A stretch of 64,000 nt of DNA from Selaginella moellendorffii (GCF_000143415.4 NW_003314413.1:186001-250000); one strand, 5' to 3'; counted from the first letter of the stretch, positions 1 to 13,641 are shown. The notes: generated by a model not told the origin, from the letters alone. Translations and numbers: made by a program.

Positions 1-2300
1 AGAAACATGTTGTCGATATATAGCTCTAATTTCCATTAGAACCATATTGTAGTATTATGGGATGAGATTTGGATATATTATTACCATTAATCCTTTGAAC
101 TTTGGGGGATAAATAGGGATAAAATAACTACTAAGAACTTTCTAATCAAGCAATTGCCCTTCTTTTAGTTGGATTAAAAGAAGAGAGATAGAGTGTGTTA
201 TATATAGTATCAACATGGGTTTGATTTTTATTAATTAGTAGCTACTTAAAATATAATATACCCTTACCCCTAAATTTAAAATTGTATATATATTAGGCAT
301 CCATGTATATGTCTTTCCTCTTATGGAGCATCCACGGATGAAGGCATCTATAGTATGGGTGGATGATTAATTGCTTCGTATAGAATAATTAATTTATATA
401 TTAAAAAATATTGATAAATTCAATGTGGAAATAAAGGTGCTAATTCACTTTAACTTAGTAAGGGTTGTTAATCAATAATCAATAAAGACATTGACATCTC
501 TAAAGGGGGGTGTAATGCATGTGATCATGGGATAAAATTTAAATATACTATTACTGTGGATCCTTAAAATTTTAGGGGATAAGGATGAGAAAAGGAAACC
601 GAACGGAACGACAAGCATTACCCCTTTTTTAGTTAGTTTAAGGGGAGAGAGATAGAGTGCGCTACATATATATTGCTTATATAATAGTTGCTCCAAGATT
701 AGAGCTGTTGGATGAAGAACAAAAGTTTGATAATAACACTTTAATCATCATTCTTGTAATTGATTGTTATAGAGAATAACAAGATCAATGGTAATCATGA
801 AAAATGTTAGATTTAGATGAGAAAGCATGAGATTTTTAATATCATCATAAATGCCTATGGTGGAAATACTCCTTGAGAGCTGCATTATCCCATAAAATAT
901 TAGTGTGAACGTTATTAGTGTTGGCATTGACATGATCAAAACAATCTTTATCTTAATAACTCCTAGTGCTGTAAAGCTCTACAAGGAAATGAAAGAGACA
1001 AATACTACACCTGATTTATATTTTAGTTTCAGTAGGCTACTATTAGAAGGAGTCAAGGTCCATCACATTAGCTAAGTTTGGAATATCACCTTCATTTTTT
1101 ACCATCCTAGCTATTGTCCACATGGCTTTTTGCCATTTAGTAGGTACCCTTCTTCATCTGGCTTCTCTAGTTGCTTCAACTTCTTCCTCTATAGGTAAGC
1201 CAAGGTCTTTGGGATGATGATGCCTTCAGAAGAGGTCATCTAGGAAAGTAGCTCACACCTGAGATACAAACTCCTTAACTTCCTCCATGCCTTATAGTAT
1301 CACCTACCTTATCTCAATGCCCATGCCATCGCCTTGCAGTAGAATGCAACACCTCCCTTCTGCATGTTTGTTACAAGCTGAACAAATGGGAAGCATGATG
1401 CATTAGCCCACACAATAAGTCCACCATGGCCTGCCATAAAGACCTCTTCATCAACCTCTTATGCTTCATGTTAACACCCAGCAAAGCTCCCTGATCGAAT
1501 AGCTGCCTAAAGGTTTTTGACATTACGACCATATCATTCTTCAACCTCATAGTGAATTTAAATGAAACTACATTGAATAACTTCCCAATCCCCATTCACC
1601 CATTTGATCCATGGGTCTCCTTCCTATTTACCATTTTATTCCTTACACCCTAAGCCAACTCTACCTCTTTAGTATGCTATATCTTGTTCCAAAAGTTGTT
1701 GCTAGGTCTTTATCTTCAATGAGGTTTTCAGCTATGTCTTTGGTGATGGGCTTGTAAACTCTAAGCTACTTGTCTGAATTCCTCATCATTGATACCTGAT
1801 GTGCTCTGCATTTTAGAGTCAGTGTCCAACTCATGCCTTTGTTCAAGCATACTAGCAAGTGCCACTGTAATATGATGACAATGGTTATATGATGCTAGGA
1901 TGGGCATAAATCTGATCCTCATATTATATCCAGTGGGCCAGTGGGGAAGGTAAAATTAAAAGTAAAGGCATCTCAACAAAAAGTGATTATACCATGGATC
2001 TATACATTTTTCCCTCCCTAGTTTTTGCAAAGTGTGAGGCAAACAATTCCACTGTAGGGGTAATGAGTTCTTGCATATTTGAAAGTAAAAATGCACATTA
2101 GTAGGCTTGAGAGAGAGATTTTCAAATTTCAGCATCCTCCAAAACCCTGAGTACAGCCATTTCTAAAAGATCTTAAAAAATATTCTCCCACTAGTGCGAG
2201 TTTCCTTCACACTTTCATTCTCTTTTGAAATAGTCAACAGTGGGAAGTGATGACATTATTATTATGCCTTTTTCATTCCTCTACGACACTTGGATAAGCT
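1..2300. other. AT-rich degenerate repeat/pseudogene-like DNA with no intact ORF
   Basis: Low GC, CpG-depleted, only short broken ORFs; same texture as the TE nests at 39-48 kb. Family not identified. Confidence 0.35.
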
Positions 2301-2653
2301 TTCATTTGCTTATCAGCAGATGATCCCGATATAGAGGATCTCAGCATCTGGTAATTCATCTTCAAAAGCAGCTTCCCCAAATGGCAAATTTGGAGCTGGC
2401 AGGAATGTCAGGACAAATGAGCTGAAACATGATCAGGAAGAATTGTTAGAGTTCCTCTAGCATGCACAACATTTGGATCTGGCTTTAGACCATCCGCCTG
2501 AGAAACAATGGCCATGACAACTGCGGCCAGTCATCAGCGAGAAGCACATATAATTCTCACGCGCCATTCACGCGCCAAACTTTTAGGGCAGATATTATCA
2601 ACTTTTAGGACAAAATATTAAGAGACTTTCCTTTTAGGGAAGTATATTCTAGA

Positions 2654-3429
2654 ATGTGGTGGAACGAGGTTCGTATGCTCGCCTCTTTCGCTTTCTCTTA
2701 CACGAGCAGAAGGATCCCGTGCTGTGGCGCCGGCGATGGCCGCGAGGAGAAGCTGATGAATCGCGTGCTGGAGAATGCCGAGCGGAATCCAGAGTCTGTG
2801 ATCCAAACCATGGATGCGTTTGCGAAATCGGGCACCTGGTTCATGTCCATCGGCGATCGCAAGGGTAAGATTCTCGATGCCGCGCTCCAGAAGAGAAAGC
2901 CGACGCTCGTGCTGGAGCTCGGATCCTACTGCGGTTACTCGGCCGTGAGGATCGCGTCCCAGCTGGCGATTCCAGGCAGCAAGCTCTTCACTGTGGAGAT
3001 CAATCCTCGCTATGCCGACATTGCCAGGCAGATTATCGATCACGCAGGTAGGGCCATTCTTTATCTGTACATTCCTCACTTCGAATATCTCCAGGCCTGT
3101 CTTCTCAGATCCATCAGCTTCCGGGACCTTTGAGCACTCACATCGAAGCTCTCCAGCTTGCGCTCAAGAGCTCCTCCTTCGATTTTGTTTTCATGGATCA
3201 TAGCAAGGATTACTACTTGGAAGACTATCTACTGCTCAAGAACTTTAAGCTCATTGGAGATGGCTCTGTAGTCTTCGCGGATAACTTGGGATTCCCTGGC
3301 TCGCCACAGTTTTGGAACTATCTCCACAGGGGGGAGGGCCAGGAGCTAGAAACGGAGTACCACCAAACGAAGGTGGAGTATCTTGACTGGATCAATGATA
3401 CAGTCGCCATATCTACCGTTCGTGGATGA
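2654..3429 (+). CDS. Catechol O-methyltransferase-like SAM-dependent methyltransferase, copy 1 (exons 2654-3047, 3095-3429)
   Basis: Motifs GDGREE, LELGSYCGYS, FDFVFMDH, VFADN, EY; a 47-nt GT-AG intron joins the ORFs in frame (HAG|LSSQI). Confidence 0.9.
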
Positions 3430-3718
3430 ATGGTAAGTGAGCTACAGCGTTTTCTTTCTTGTTTCAAATGCTTGCTACCATTCTCAACTGCAGTTCTCTA
3501 GGTAGCTACCTTTCCTTTTCGATCAACCTGCCAAAGAAAAAAAAAAAAAAAGAACCCATCTCAGTCGTGAGTCGTGACTGATGTTACTTAAATGACAGTG
3601 GAGTTTTGGTCCCACATATTGCCAACCTCTCGTGAAAAGGTTTTGAAAGGTTTCTCTCTGGATCTGATGTATTTGTGATTTGAGCAGGAAGGGGGGATTG
3701 AGCGCTTGCACTTCAGTC

Positions 3719-4515
3719 ATGTGGAAGGAAGTCGTCACTTTCCTGTCGTTCGGAAAGTTCATGGGGGGATTTTTCTTCCATGGCTGGGGTGGCGATGGCA
3801 GGGAGGAACAGCTGCTGGAGTATGTGCTCAAAAACGCGGAACGAGGTAACCCCCAGTCGGTTATACAGGCTGTGGACGAATTTGCACGCTCCGGCACCTG
3901 GTTTATGAACGTTGGAGAGGAAAAGGGCCGCATTTTGGACTCGTCAATCGCCAAGAAGAATCCTCAGCTCCTTCTCGAGCTCGGGACTTACTGTGGCTAC
4001 TCGGCTGTGAGAATGGCAGCAAATCTCAAACACCCCGACAGCAAGCTGATCTCGCTGGAGCTCACTCCTCACATCGCTGACATCGCTAGAAGGATCATCG
4101 ACCACGCAGGTTTGCTTCTTGCTTTTCTTTCGTGGCGAGCATTCCCCTCACTACGCCAAACTTTCTTTCAGGGCTTTCGTCCAAAGTGGAGGTGCTGCTG
4201 GCGCCACTGAGCCGTCAGATCGACACCATAAAGTCGACTCTGGCCAAGACGAACGGGCAGTGCTTCGATTTCGTGTTCGTGGATCACGATAAAGACTTGT
4301 ACTTGCCGGACTACTTGCTGCTCAAGGAGAAGGGTCTCATCGACGAAGGGAGCGTGATCTTCGCGGACAACATGGGATTCCCAGGCTCTCCAAAGTTCTG
4401 GAGCTACATCCAATCGCATCCCCAGGAGCTGGAGACCGAGGTCCACAAATCTGCCGTGGAGTACATTAGTTGGATCCGCGACACAGTGACAGTCTCTACG
4501 TTCCACAAGCTCTAA
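3719..4515 (+). CDS. Catechol O-methyltransferase-like protein, copy 2 (exons 3719-4109, 4172-4515)
   Basis: Tandem paralogue: GDGREE, MNVGEEKG, LELGTYCGYS, FDFVFVDHDK, ADN; 62-nt intron at the same position as in copy 1. Confidence 0.9.
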
Positions 4516-4584
4516 GAGTCGATAGCTAGTCAAATAATAGTCAACTAAGTCAAATTAATTTACAGTCCACCAAAAGAGTCAAGA

Positions 4585-4730
4585 TACGTTTCCACGTGTC
4601 GGTTTCTTCTAGAAACACGTAAATGGCGGTCGCCCTAACTGGGTTGTGCAGCTCTTTCTTCGCAGTCACTGGCTAGCCGTGGCGGTGAGGCTCTAGAGGG
4701 CGTGTAGCGCGTGATTGGTTCTATTAAAAC
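4585..4730 (+). promoter_or_regulatory. Putative ABA/stress promoter of the REF/SRPP gene (ACGT cores, CACGTGTC ABRE/G-box, CCAAT on minus strand, TATA-like)
   Basis: ccacgtgtc at 4592-4600 with two neighbouring ACGT cores; gattgg ~4713; ctattaaaa ~4721; all upstream of ATG 4786. Confidence 0.45.
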
Positions 4731-4785
4731 CCTATTTCCCCATTTTTTTGCTTTTTAATCGAATCTATTGATCAATCTTTTAGCT

Positions 4786-5661
4786 ATGGCGACGGATCAT
4801 GCGCAGCAGCAGCAGCAGGAGGAGGTGATCGAGGTAAGTTACAAAGCAATGCAATGCATCATAGCGTTAGAATCACACTGTAGAATCATGGAGCTACTTT
4901 TTTCTCTTGATTGAGTGATTGATCGATCGATCGATTGGTTTCTACAGGAGGAAGAAGTATCCTCGCCCAAGCTTAGGTATCTGGGATGCTTCCAAGCTGC
5001 CGGGCAAAAGGCCACTGGCTATGTCGCGACGATCTACGAGCTCGCGAAAGAGAATTCCGGGCCGCTCAAGCCCGGCGTGGATAGCATCGAAGGAACCGTG
5101 AAAACAGTCGTGGGTCCTGTCTATGACAAGTTTGAGGGCAAGCCCATGGAATTCCTCGAGTTCCTGGACAAGAAGGTACCCGATCCATAGGAAGGTTTCG
5201 AGATCTTTGCTAACGCGAGAGCGTTTTCTCCAATCCAGGTCGGGGAGACGCTCGTTGTGCTGGATCAAAGGCTCCCTCCGGTAGTCAAGGACACGACCCA
5301 GCGCGCGTTCGATGTGGCCAAGCAGGCGCCCGACGCCGCCAAGACCGTGGTCGCGGACGTCCAGAAGAACGGCCTCTACGAGTCCGTGCGCGTCTACTAC
5401 GTCAAGTACGAGCCCATCGCCGAGGCGTGGACGATCGAGGGGCTCAAGAAGCTCAAGACGTTCCCGGGCGTCCCGCGCTTCATCGATCTGGTAGCTCCCT
5501 CGGCGCTCTTCGGCGCCGAGAAATTCAACCAGATTGTCTCCACCTTCAAGGATCGCAACGTCCCACTGTCGGGCTACATCCCGCTCGTCCCGGTGGAGAA
5601 GATCGAGCAGGCGCTCAGGGCGGATCCGCGCGAAAGCCCGGTTGACAAACCTTCGTCGTGA
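4786..5661 (+). CDS. REF/SRPP family lipid-droplet-associated protein (LDAP-like); exons 4786-4833, 4948-5175, 5239-5661
   Basis: LRYLG, YELAKENSGPLKPGVDSIEGTVKTVVGPVYDKF, YIPLVPVEKI are hallmark REF-domain motifs; GT-AG introns keep frame. Confidence 0.92.
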
Positions 5662-5687
5662 TCTAAAGTTTCTTCTGTATAACTTAA

Positions 5688-5843
5688 TCGTTTTGAATAT
5701 TCGCGATTATAACTTCTAGATTCGGATCGTTTTGGAATATACTCGAGACTAGTTGAATCGTTTTGAATATTCGAGATTATTAGAATCGAATCTTTTAGAA
5801 TATTCAAGATACTTCGAACTGTTTGGAATATTCGAGATTATTA
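5688..5843. repeat. Five degenerate ~30-40 bp tandem units, each with a GAATAT(T/A)C core
   Basis: Cores at 5695, 5735, 5765, 5798, 5826 within the unit tcgttttgaatattcgagatta. Confidence 0.75.
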
Positions 5844-8556
5844 TTATCGCTGGTGGACGATGAGCTCCAGTTTCTTTGGTCGCTTGTAATACTTGAGTAG
5901 CAGCGAGGAGCAAACCACGCTCACGGACGAGGCGGCCATAGCACCGGCGATCCATGGTGGAAGCCGGAATCTCGAGCAAGGATAGAGCACCCCGGCCGCG
6001 ACTGGGATTCCCAGGACGTTGTATCCCAGAGCCCACACGTAGTTGAGACGAATCCTCGAGACGTTTTCCTGGACAAGTCGATGGCGGTGACCACGTCTTC
6101 CAGGTGGCTCTTCATGAGGACAATGTCCGCCGCCTCAATCGCTATGTCGGTGCCGGCACCGATGGCCACTCCAACGTCCGCGGCAACCAGAGCCGGGGAA
6201 TCGTTGATACCATCTCCGACCATCGCGACCACCATGCCCGCGCTCTGAGCAAACGAGAAAGTTTAGCTGGAGGAAGAACAAACTTAAGAACTTACTTGCA
6301 ACTCCGTCACTCTGTCAGCCTTTGCTTTGGGATCGGCCTCGGCGATGACGTCTTTCGGCTGGATGCCAACTTCTCTAGCAACGGCGAGAGCTGTGCCTCG
6401 GTTATCTCCAGTCACTATGAGATGTTCATCAGCTTGAGTGTGGAGATCACGGCCGGTGCCTCTGGTTTCATCGGGTCTGCGACCGAGATAAGGCCCGTGA
6501 GTTCTCCGTCGATCGCAACCAGCACGGCGGTCCTGGCCAGCACCTGAACGTCTTGGAGCTGCTCTGAGGCTTGCGGAGGAAGTGATGCTGCTCGAGTGAT
6601 TCTTGAAGTCTCAGACCTTTTGCGAATTCAAGTATCGCCTTGGCCAGAGGATGCTCGCTGTTAGCCTGCGATAAAACCACACTTGTTAAACTGCTTTTCC
6701 TCCACACTAGAAAAAATGCTGCAGAAGACCTTCAGAGCAATGTACCGAAATAGCTTCGTGTTAACAACACTCGGCTCTCCTTTCGTGAGAGTACCCTTTT
6801 TCTCAAACACAATGCAGTCAACCTGGAAGTCGTTTTACCATACTGATGTTATCTCGCAGTAAGTAAATTTCTTACCTTGCGTGCAGCAGCACCTTTAATA
6901 AGGACGCCTTGCGTGGCTCCTTTTCCAGTTGAAACCATGACAGCAGTAGGCGTGGCCAGCCCCAAGGCGCAAGGACAAGCAATGACAAGCACAGCAATAC
7001 CAAACTGAAGTGCTAGCTCGAATTCACCCATGCTCGGTGGGATCCAAGACTTGGGATACCAGCTAGATTTCCCAGCACAAAACCAGAAGCTCCATGTGAG
7101 AACTGATGCGCCAACAACCTGGAAAATGAACCATGAGCCTGTTATGATCAGCAAAAAGCGTATGCTTACCATGGAACGAAGTATTGAGATACACGGTCAG
7201 GCGAGTATCAGGCGTGAGATTCGTAAGCTTCGCGATGGCTTCAGACGTTTTCCCTTTGGCCAGAACCTCCAGGAACTTCCAGCGGAATAAACGATATGAG
7301 AATAGAACTCGTCTCGAAAAAGTCTGTCCCTTCAAGCGAGTCGTCGCAGATCTTAAAGCGGAGTAGACAGAGTAGAAGTACGCAGCATTCGTCCCGAGAG
7401 CTATGAGAACGTCCATGTTGGCCGAACCATGGCGTAGAGCATTGTAAGCCCCGACGTAGAACCGCCACCCGATGACGAACTGGACAGGCGTAGACAAAAT
7501 CCATCTCAGTATCTGCCCGGTGAGCATGTTGATCACCTTCCACCCGACGTATCTCTTCATCGTGCCCGGAGTGTACATAAACACCATCCCCAGGAAGAAC
7601 ACCGGAACCGTGAAGACAATGCTCCATAAGAAGAGATTCCAATAGTGCTTGATCTCGCTCTTCATATCCGCTCGACGATCTGCTCCCATAGCCAAACTCG
7701 CCTTGTATACATGCGCCGGTCCTGTCTGCTCGATAATCTCTATGAAGCATCGCGGGCCTGTTAAGTCGGGATCGTAAGAAACCACCAGCCTTTCCTCCTT
7801 GAGAAAAAGCTCCACCTCCGTCACCCCAGCCAGAGCCTCCAGCGAGGTGACGATGTTTCTAAAGCCTTCCCGTGAATGCACACCTTCCAGCTGCAAATGG
7901 ACCTTGTTTCTTTCCTCTCCAGCGCTCACCAGCTCGGCCACGAAGCCAGCCTCCTCCACGGCTTCGATGAGTTTCGAGTAGCTAACCACGCTGGCGTCGT
8001 AAAAGAGTTCGGCTTGCTCGGTCGCAAGGGCCACCACCGCACTCACCACCCCTGGGATTTTCCTGAGCGCCGCCTCAATGGCACCCGAGCACGACGTGCA
8101 AGTCATACCTCTCACCCGGATCCGGCACACTGATTGCTCGATAGAATCTTTCAAGACGGTCGCGTCGAATCCAGCGTCAACATTGGCTTCGCGGATAGTC
8201 TCTACCTGGAATGAACAAGGCAACAAAGACATAAGACCAAAGTTCTTCGCTTAAAAAAAAAAACACTTACTTGAACAAACGCTGGATGAAAGACGACCTG
8301 GGCTTGGATCACTGCCACCCGCCTCTTTGATGCCCGGGAGCCTCTTGAGGGCCTTCTCGATAGATCCGGCACAGGCAGTGCATTCCATGCCAGTTACCTT
8401 GAAGAACACGCTCTGGGTTTGCGCGGCGTAGATGTCCCGCCTGGGCGGACAGGGAGGATACTTCGGTATGGACGGATAGCGAGCGAGCAGGGATTCCGAA
8501 AGCGAGGACTCATCGCGATCCTTGGGTAAAACCATGTAGATGCCGCAGCTCGACAT
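5844..8556 (-). pseudogene. HMA5: Copper-transporting P1B-ATPase (HMA5-like) pseudogene
   Basis: GMxCxxC HMA domains, [17 protein letters not shown] and MAASS motifs present. DKTGT is changed to EKKGT, several frameshifts occur (~6062, ~7285-7345), and the actuator domain is deleted near 7200. Confidence 0.88.
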
Positions 8557-8751
8557 TGCCAGCCGCGCCACTGGATTGATCGACCTGGACATCGAAGATG
8601 AAATTTCAGGACGAAATCCTAGACTCCTGGAGATTTCTACCATACCCTAGGAGCTCCAAGATTGAAGAGAATGCGCGCCTTCGCAATGCGTGCCGGGAGC
8701 TTGGGTTTGAAAAAAGCCCTCGATAACAATCTCTACCGTCGATACGAACTA

Positions 8752-8782
8752 GCCACGTGGCAAGATCTTATATAAAGATCTT
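8752..8782. promoter_or_regulatory. Palindromic G-box GCCACGTGGC followed by a TATA-like element
   Basis: gccacgtggc at 8752-8761, then aagatcttatataaagatctt, in the HMA/DRP2 divergent interval. Confidence 0.35.
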
Positions 8783-9796
8783 GCATATTCTCTTATACTA
8801 AACTGCCCTAAGCTGCCCTATCCCACATGCTCAAGCGAAGATGAAATTTTCCACTTTATATAGCGGTGAGTTCATGAGGTAGGTACTTCTTGGGTTGTAG
8901 AGTATGCATCTGATGACCCGTCTGTGTGTCTCGAAGTATAAGTCATATTCCGACCCATGGTGTTTTGCAAATTTTTCTTACTATCCGGAAGAATGCGAGT
9001 TCTTCCTTTTTCTTTCGGGAGGTTTCTTCGCTCCGGACAATTCGTGACAAAAGCAAGCATAAAATACTCACACTGATCAAGTGAAACGCATTGAAGCCAC
9101 ACAGGAAGGAAGAACTTTAATCGCATGGCCGGGGAGTCGCTCGTGACAAAATTCGAGAACCAAGTGATCTTGAGACATCCTCATGGCCATCGTGTTCTAA
9201 GATCAATTTCTTTTTCGAGAACCATGGTTAATCACTTTGCTCTCTAAAAACGAGGATTCCCTCTCGGAATTTCTCGTAACGATGGTGGCTTTTACGAGAA
9301 GATCCAGTGGAGCTTTTGGAAAATTCCATTTAAATCGCCGGAAAGCTCCAGATTGCCCAACGTTTGGTGGTATCCACGCATCCTGGCCGTCCAAATTCAA
9401 ACGTAGGGATCCGTTCACACTGGATGTTTTGTTTTAGCGTGTGTTTAAGAGATTTTTTTTATGTGTTTCAATAAAACCCTTGCTTGCGATCGAGCGGCAA
9501 TGTTTTCGGGGCAAATCCCTAGCTCGTCGAAAAGTAAGAGCGTATCGGCAGGGCAGGGCTAGATCTAGGCGCTTGGAGCTGGGCCTAGCGGGATCGGTGC
9601 TGTGAGCTGGGATCAGGCGGCTGCGCCTGGCTCTGGATCTTTGCTGGATCGGCGCTTCTGTGAGGTCGAAAATGCCGGATTTCCTAGCCGGGTGAGCGAA
9701 ATTCTGGCTCCTCGATTCTTTCTAGGATGTAGAATGGGGGAGATTTAGTTCTAGGTTTGAGCGATAGACCAGATTTTTTGGCGCTAGTGAGCCAAG

Positions 9797-12700
9797 ATGG
9801 AGAATCTTCGCGTTTTGGCGGAGTCGATGCAGCAGGCATCGGCGCTTCTATCCGATCAGGAAGGAGAAGAATCGCTGGACCAGTACTCGAGTTTTCTCAG
9901 CGTGGTAGCTCTTGGTAACACTGTGAGTACTCAATTGGTTTTCGACTGTATCTCTCTTAGATTTGTGGAATGCAGGGCGCTGGAAAGTCAGCGGTTCTAA
10001 ACAGCTTGATTGGCTACGCAGTGCTGGTAAGTTCTTTTTTTTTTTCATCTCGGATGAAAAGTCTCTTTTGCTTGTGCAGCCAACCGGAGAGAATGGGGCA
10101 ACCCGTGCACCTGTGACTATCGACCTGGAAGCTGACGATTCAGGAAATAAACGAGGGCTTACAGTACAGATGGAGGGCAAGTCTATGCAAGTTTCTGCAA
10201 GTAAGCTGGCTAAGGAAGCTTTGTCTTTGTACGAGAATCTAATGTGTTTTGTCTACTCCAGCCGACATACGACATTCTCTTCAAAACAAGTTCGGCAGAA
10301 TGTCAACCGGTGCTGTGAAGGAAAATATCCATTTGAAATTGAAGTGTTCTTCAGGTAGATGTGGCAACCGATTGGAAATGTTACGCTAACTAAGCTCTTT
10401 ATGTAGCACCACCCCTGAAGCTGGTCGATTTGCCTGGGCTTGAGAGTAGATCAGTTAGCGATTCCCTGGTAACAAATCATATCTTTGTGGTCTTAGTCAC
10501 AGTTGATTGTTTGATATTGCAGGTCCGCGAGTACATCGACAGCAACGATGCTCTTCTGCTCGTTGTGATTCCTGCTACTTCTGTGCGGGATATAACGGGA
10601 TCGCAGGCCCTGAAAATTGCACAGGATATCGACCATGAAGGTTTGTTCTTGTGCCAGTACGGGTTTCTAGCTTAATTCTTTTCGTATTTGTAGGCTCAAG
10701 AACTGTTGGTGTCATCAGCAAGATTGACCAAGCGGCTTCGGATCCCAAAAGCTTAGCAGCAGTTCAAGCTGTTCTATCCGGACAAGGGCCGTCGATCACA
10801 TCTAAGTTCACATGGATAGCTTTGATTGGTCAATCCGTCTCGATTGCTGGAGCTCATTCCAAAGACGATTCTTTGGAAACTGCTTGGAAGGCGGAAATGG
10901 AGTCTTTAAAATCCATTCTTGGCGGGGCATCGTCAAGTAGACTTGGAAGATCTTCGTTAGTAGAGGCTATTGCGAAGCAGATTCGGCAACGGATGCAACA
11001 GCGTCTTCCCAGCCTCCTTTCCAGGTTTCTTCAAAGTCTGTAGCTAATGGTTATAATTTTTGTCTGCAATGTGTTCAGTCTGGAAGGGAGGTCACAAGAC
11101 GTGGAGGAAGAGCTGGTAAGACTTGGTGAAAAGATGGTAGAAACGGAAGAAGGTACACGTGCGGTAGCACTAGAGCTTTGCCGTGAATTTGAGGACAAGT
11201 TTTTGGAGCATATCAACAGTGGAGAGGTGAGCTCTGACTTTAATCTTTTAATCTCCATATGCTTACGTTATATACAGGGAGGAAGTTACAAGGTTGTTAC
11301 GAGTTTTGAAGGAACGCTACCAAATAGAATAAAACAGCTTCCACTTCAGGAGCTCTTTGACTTGAATGGTTTGAAAAAGGTGACCGAGCACGTGTTTTCC
11401 TGTACCATGCTAAACATTTTTTATAGGTCGTCTTGGAGGCCGATGGATATCTGCCTTATCTTCTATCACCTGAGAAAGGTTTGCGGGAGCTTATTCGTAG
11501 AGCATTGGACCTAGCAAAGGATCCGGCTAAAAGCTGCGTTGATGAGGTAATTATAAAGCTTGAATGTTGTCAAAAACTTCTGATATTTGCGGAGTAAAGG
11601 TGCACAGAGTTCTAGTTGAAATCGTTTCATCCGCAGCATCGGCTACTCCTGGTTTAGGAAGATTTCCACCTCTAAAACGCGAGGTATCTTCTTCTTTTCA
11701 CTTTTTTGAAGCGCAACGTCTAAAATATTCTTCTTACAGATGATATCTGTTGCGAGTTCTGCGCTCGATGAATACCGTACAGAAGCTAAAAGGATGGTCG
11801 TTGATCTTGTGGACATGGAAAGAGCTTATATTCCACCTCAACATTTCACGCGGCTTGTGCAACGCAGGTAAGAAGTCGGTTAACCAACGGAGAGGCTCTT
11901 TACGCTTTTTACTGTACAGGCTTGATAGAGTTCGTCGAGAGGATGAAGTGAAGAATAAAACGATGAAAAAAGCACAGGAAGCCGAACAGGCAATTCTTAA
12001 CAAAGTAAGCCTCTGCACTTCTATATATTTTTATTGAGTAACTTTCATGCAGTCAACATATAACCCTGCTGCTCAAGCTAACGGGTCTTTGAAGTCCGCA
12101 AAGGACGGCGATGGAAAGGACGTGCCGGAGAGTTCAGGCGCGGAGAAAGATAAAACTGGTAACTGTTTATGTTGTCACCTGCTGTTTCTGATAAGCTTTT
12201 GTGAAGGCTATTTGTCAAAAAGAAGTGCTACAAGTGCAGATACATGGAATAAGCGATGGTTTGTTCTGAATGAAAAGTCAAATAAAGTAGGTAATGTACT
12301 GTTATTGGATCTGATTTTATAGTTTTTGCATTTTAGCTTGGATACATGAAAAAACCTGACGATAAGCGTTTCCAAGGAGTTATCAACCTTGAGGTATATA
12401 CGATGCATTTGTCTTCGCCTGCTTATTGTTTGTAATTTCAGGAATGTTTGATTGAAGAGCTGTCTGAGGAAGAATTGGCAGAAGGACGTCCTTCTAAGTC
12501 TAAAGAGGCTTCAAAACAAGCCAATGGCCCCGAGCCTAATCTCACCATTAAAATAAGCAACAAGGTTGCTTATAAGACTGTTCTCAAAGGTAGATCATTA
12601 TGTACTGCTACATGAGACTGAATTGTTGCTTTTACTGCAGCTCAACATGTTGTTGCTCTCAAGGCTGAATCTATGGCAGAAAAAACGGAATGGATGACTA

Positions 12701-13565
12701 AGTTGAGACAATGTACTGATCAAGGGAAAGGTTCGTCAAAAGCAGTAGTCGAAGTGGTGACTCCTTTGAGAACGAGCATGTCTGATGGTGCATTGGTATG
12801 AACCCGACGTTTGCCTCTTTCGGGTGCTAACTTTGTTGCATCCAGGATACTGTCATTACGAGAAGAGCAGATCCAGAAGAAGAGCTTCGGATCATGGCTC
12901 AAGAAGTTCGTGATTACGTGGAGGCAGTAATGAACAGTCTTTCAGCAAACATCCCCAAGGTACGCTAGCAATTTGTTTGTGAATGCTGGACTAAAAATCG
13001 CTGCAGGCAGCAATATTTTGTCAGGTCGAAAGGTCCAAGGATTCAATGCTCAGCACGCTGTACAAGTCCATAAGGTTGTGGAGTTCTCCTTAGTTATCCT
13101 TCTTCTAACATTCAGCCATACAGTGCACTTCCTACTCCGACTATAAAAGAGCTCTTGCAAGAGGATGCTCAAGTAAAACGTCGAAGAGAGCGGTGCGAGC
13201 GCCAAGCGTCGGTACTGTCGCGACTTGTAAGACAATTGAGCAACAATGAGGCGCGAGTGACAATGAGCAACGGATACATCGAGGGAACACAAAATGGTTT
13301 GCCTCTATATATTTCATACTTGTTGAGCTCATGAGAAAGTTTCGCCGCAGGATATCACGGTGGAGACGATTGGAGAGTAGCATTTGAAGAAGCAGCCAAT
13401 TCTCCCTCTCCTCGAACACCAAGCGGCTTTTCTTCGTCTTCGCGCAGGTCTTTAACACCCCACCGCGGTGAAGCTCTAGAAAACGGCGACTCTTCGCGAA
13501 GAACTCCAACCAGGAGACCTCCTCCTCCAGTTCCAGGCATCGGGGCTCCAACATACAGACAATAG
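9797..13565 (+). CDS. DRP2: Dynamin-related protein 2 (GTPase, middle, PH, GED, Pro-rich tail); multi-exon
   Basis: Spliced P-loop [29 protein letters not shown] motif [12 protein letters not shown]-terminal RRPPPPVPG...RQ*. Confidence 0.93.
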
Positions 13566-13641
13566 AAATCCCGGTTTTCTCAGTAAAGTGATTCTTTACA
13601 TGGCTTGGGACGTGATATCTTACCTTGAGTTCCTCGTTTCT

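Noticed and set aside
2581-2640. Interstitial telomeric repeat
   Set aside because: Only isolated TTTAGG(G) motifs, not tandem.
2654-8556. COMT-REF-HMA biosynthetic gene cluster
   Set aside because: No scaffold-forming enzyme, HMA is a pseudogene, and proximity is expected in a compact genome.
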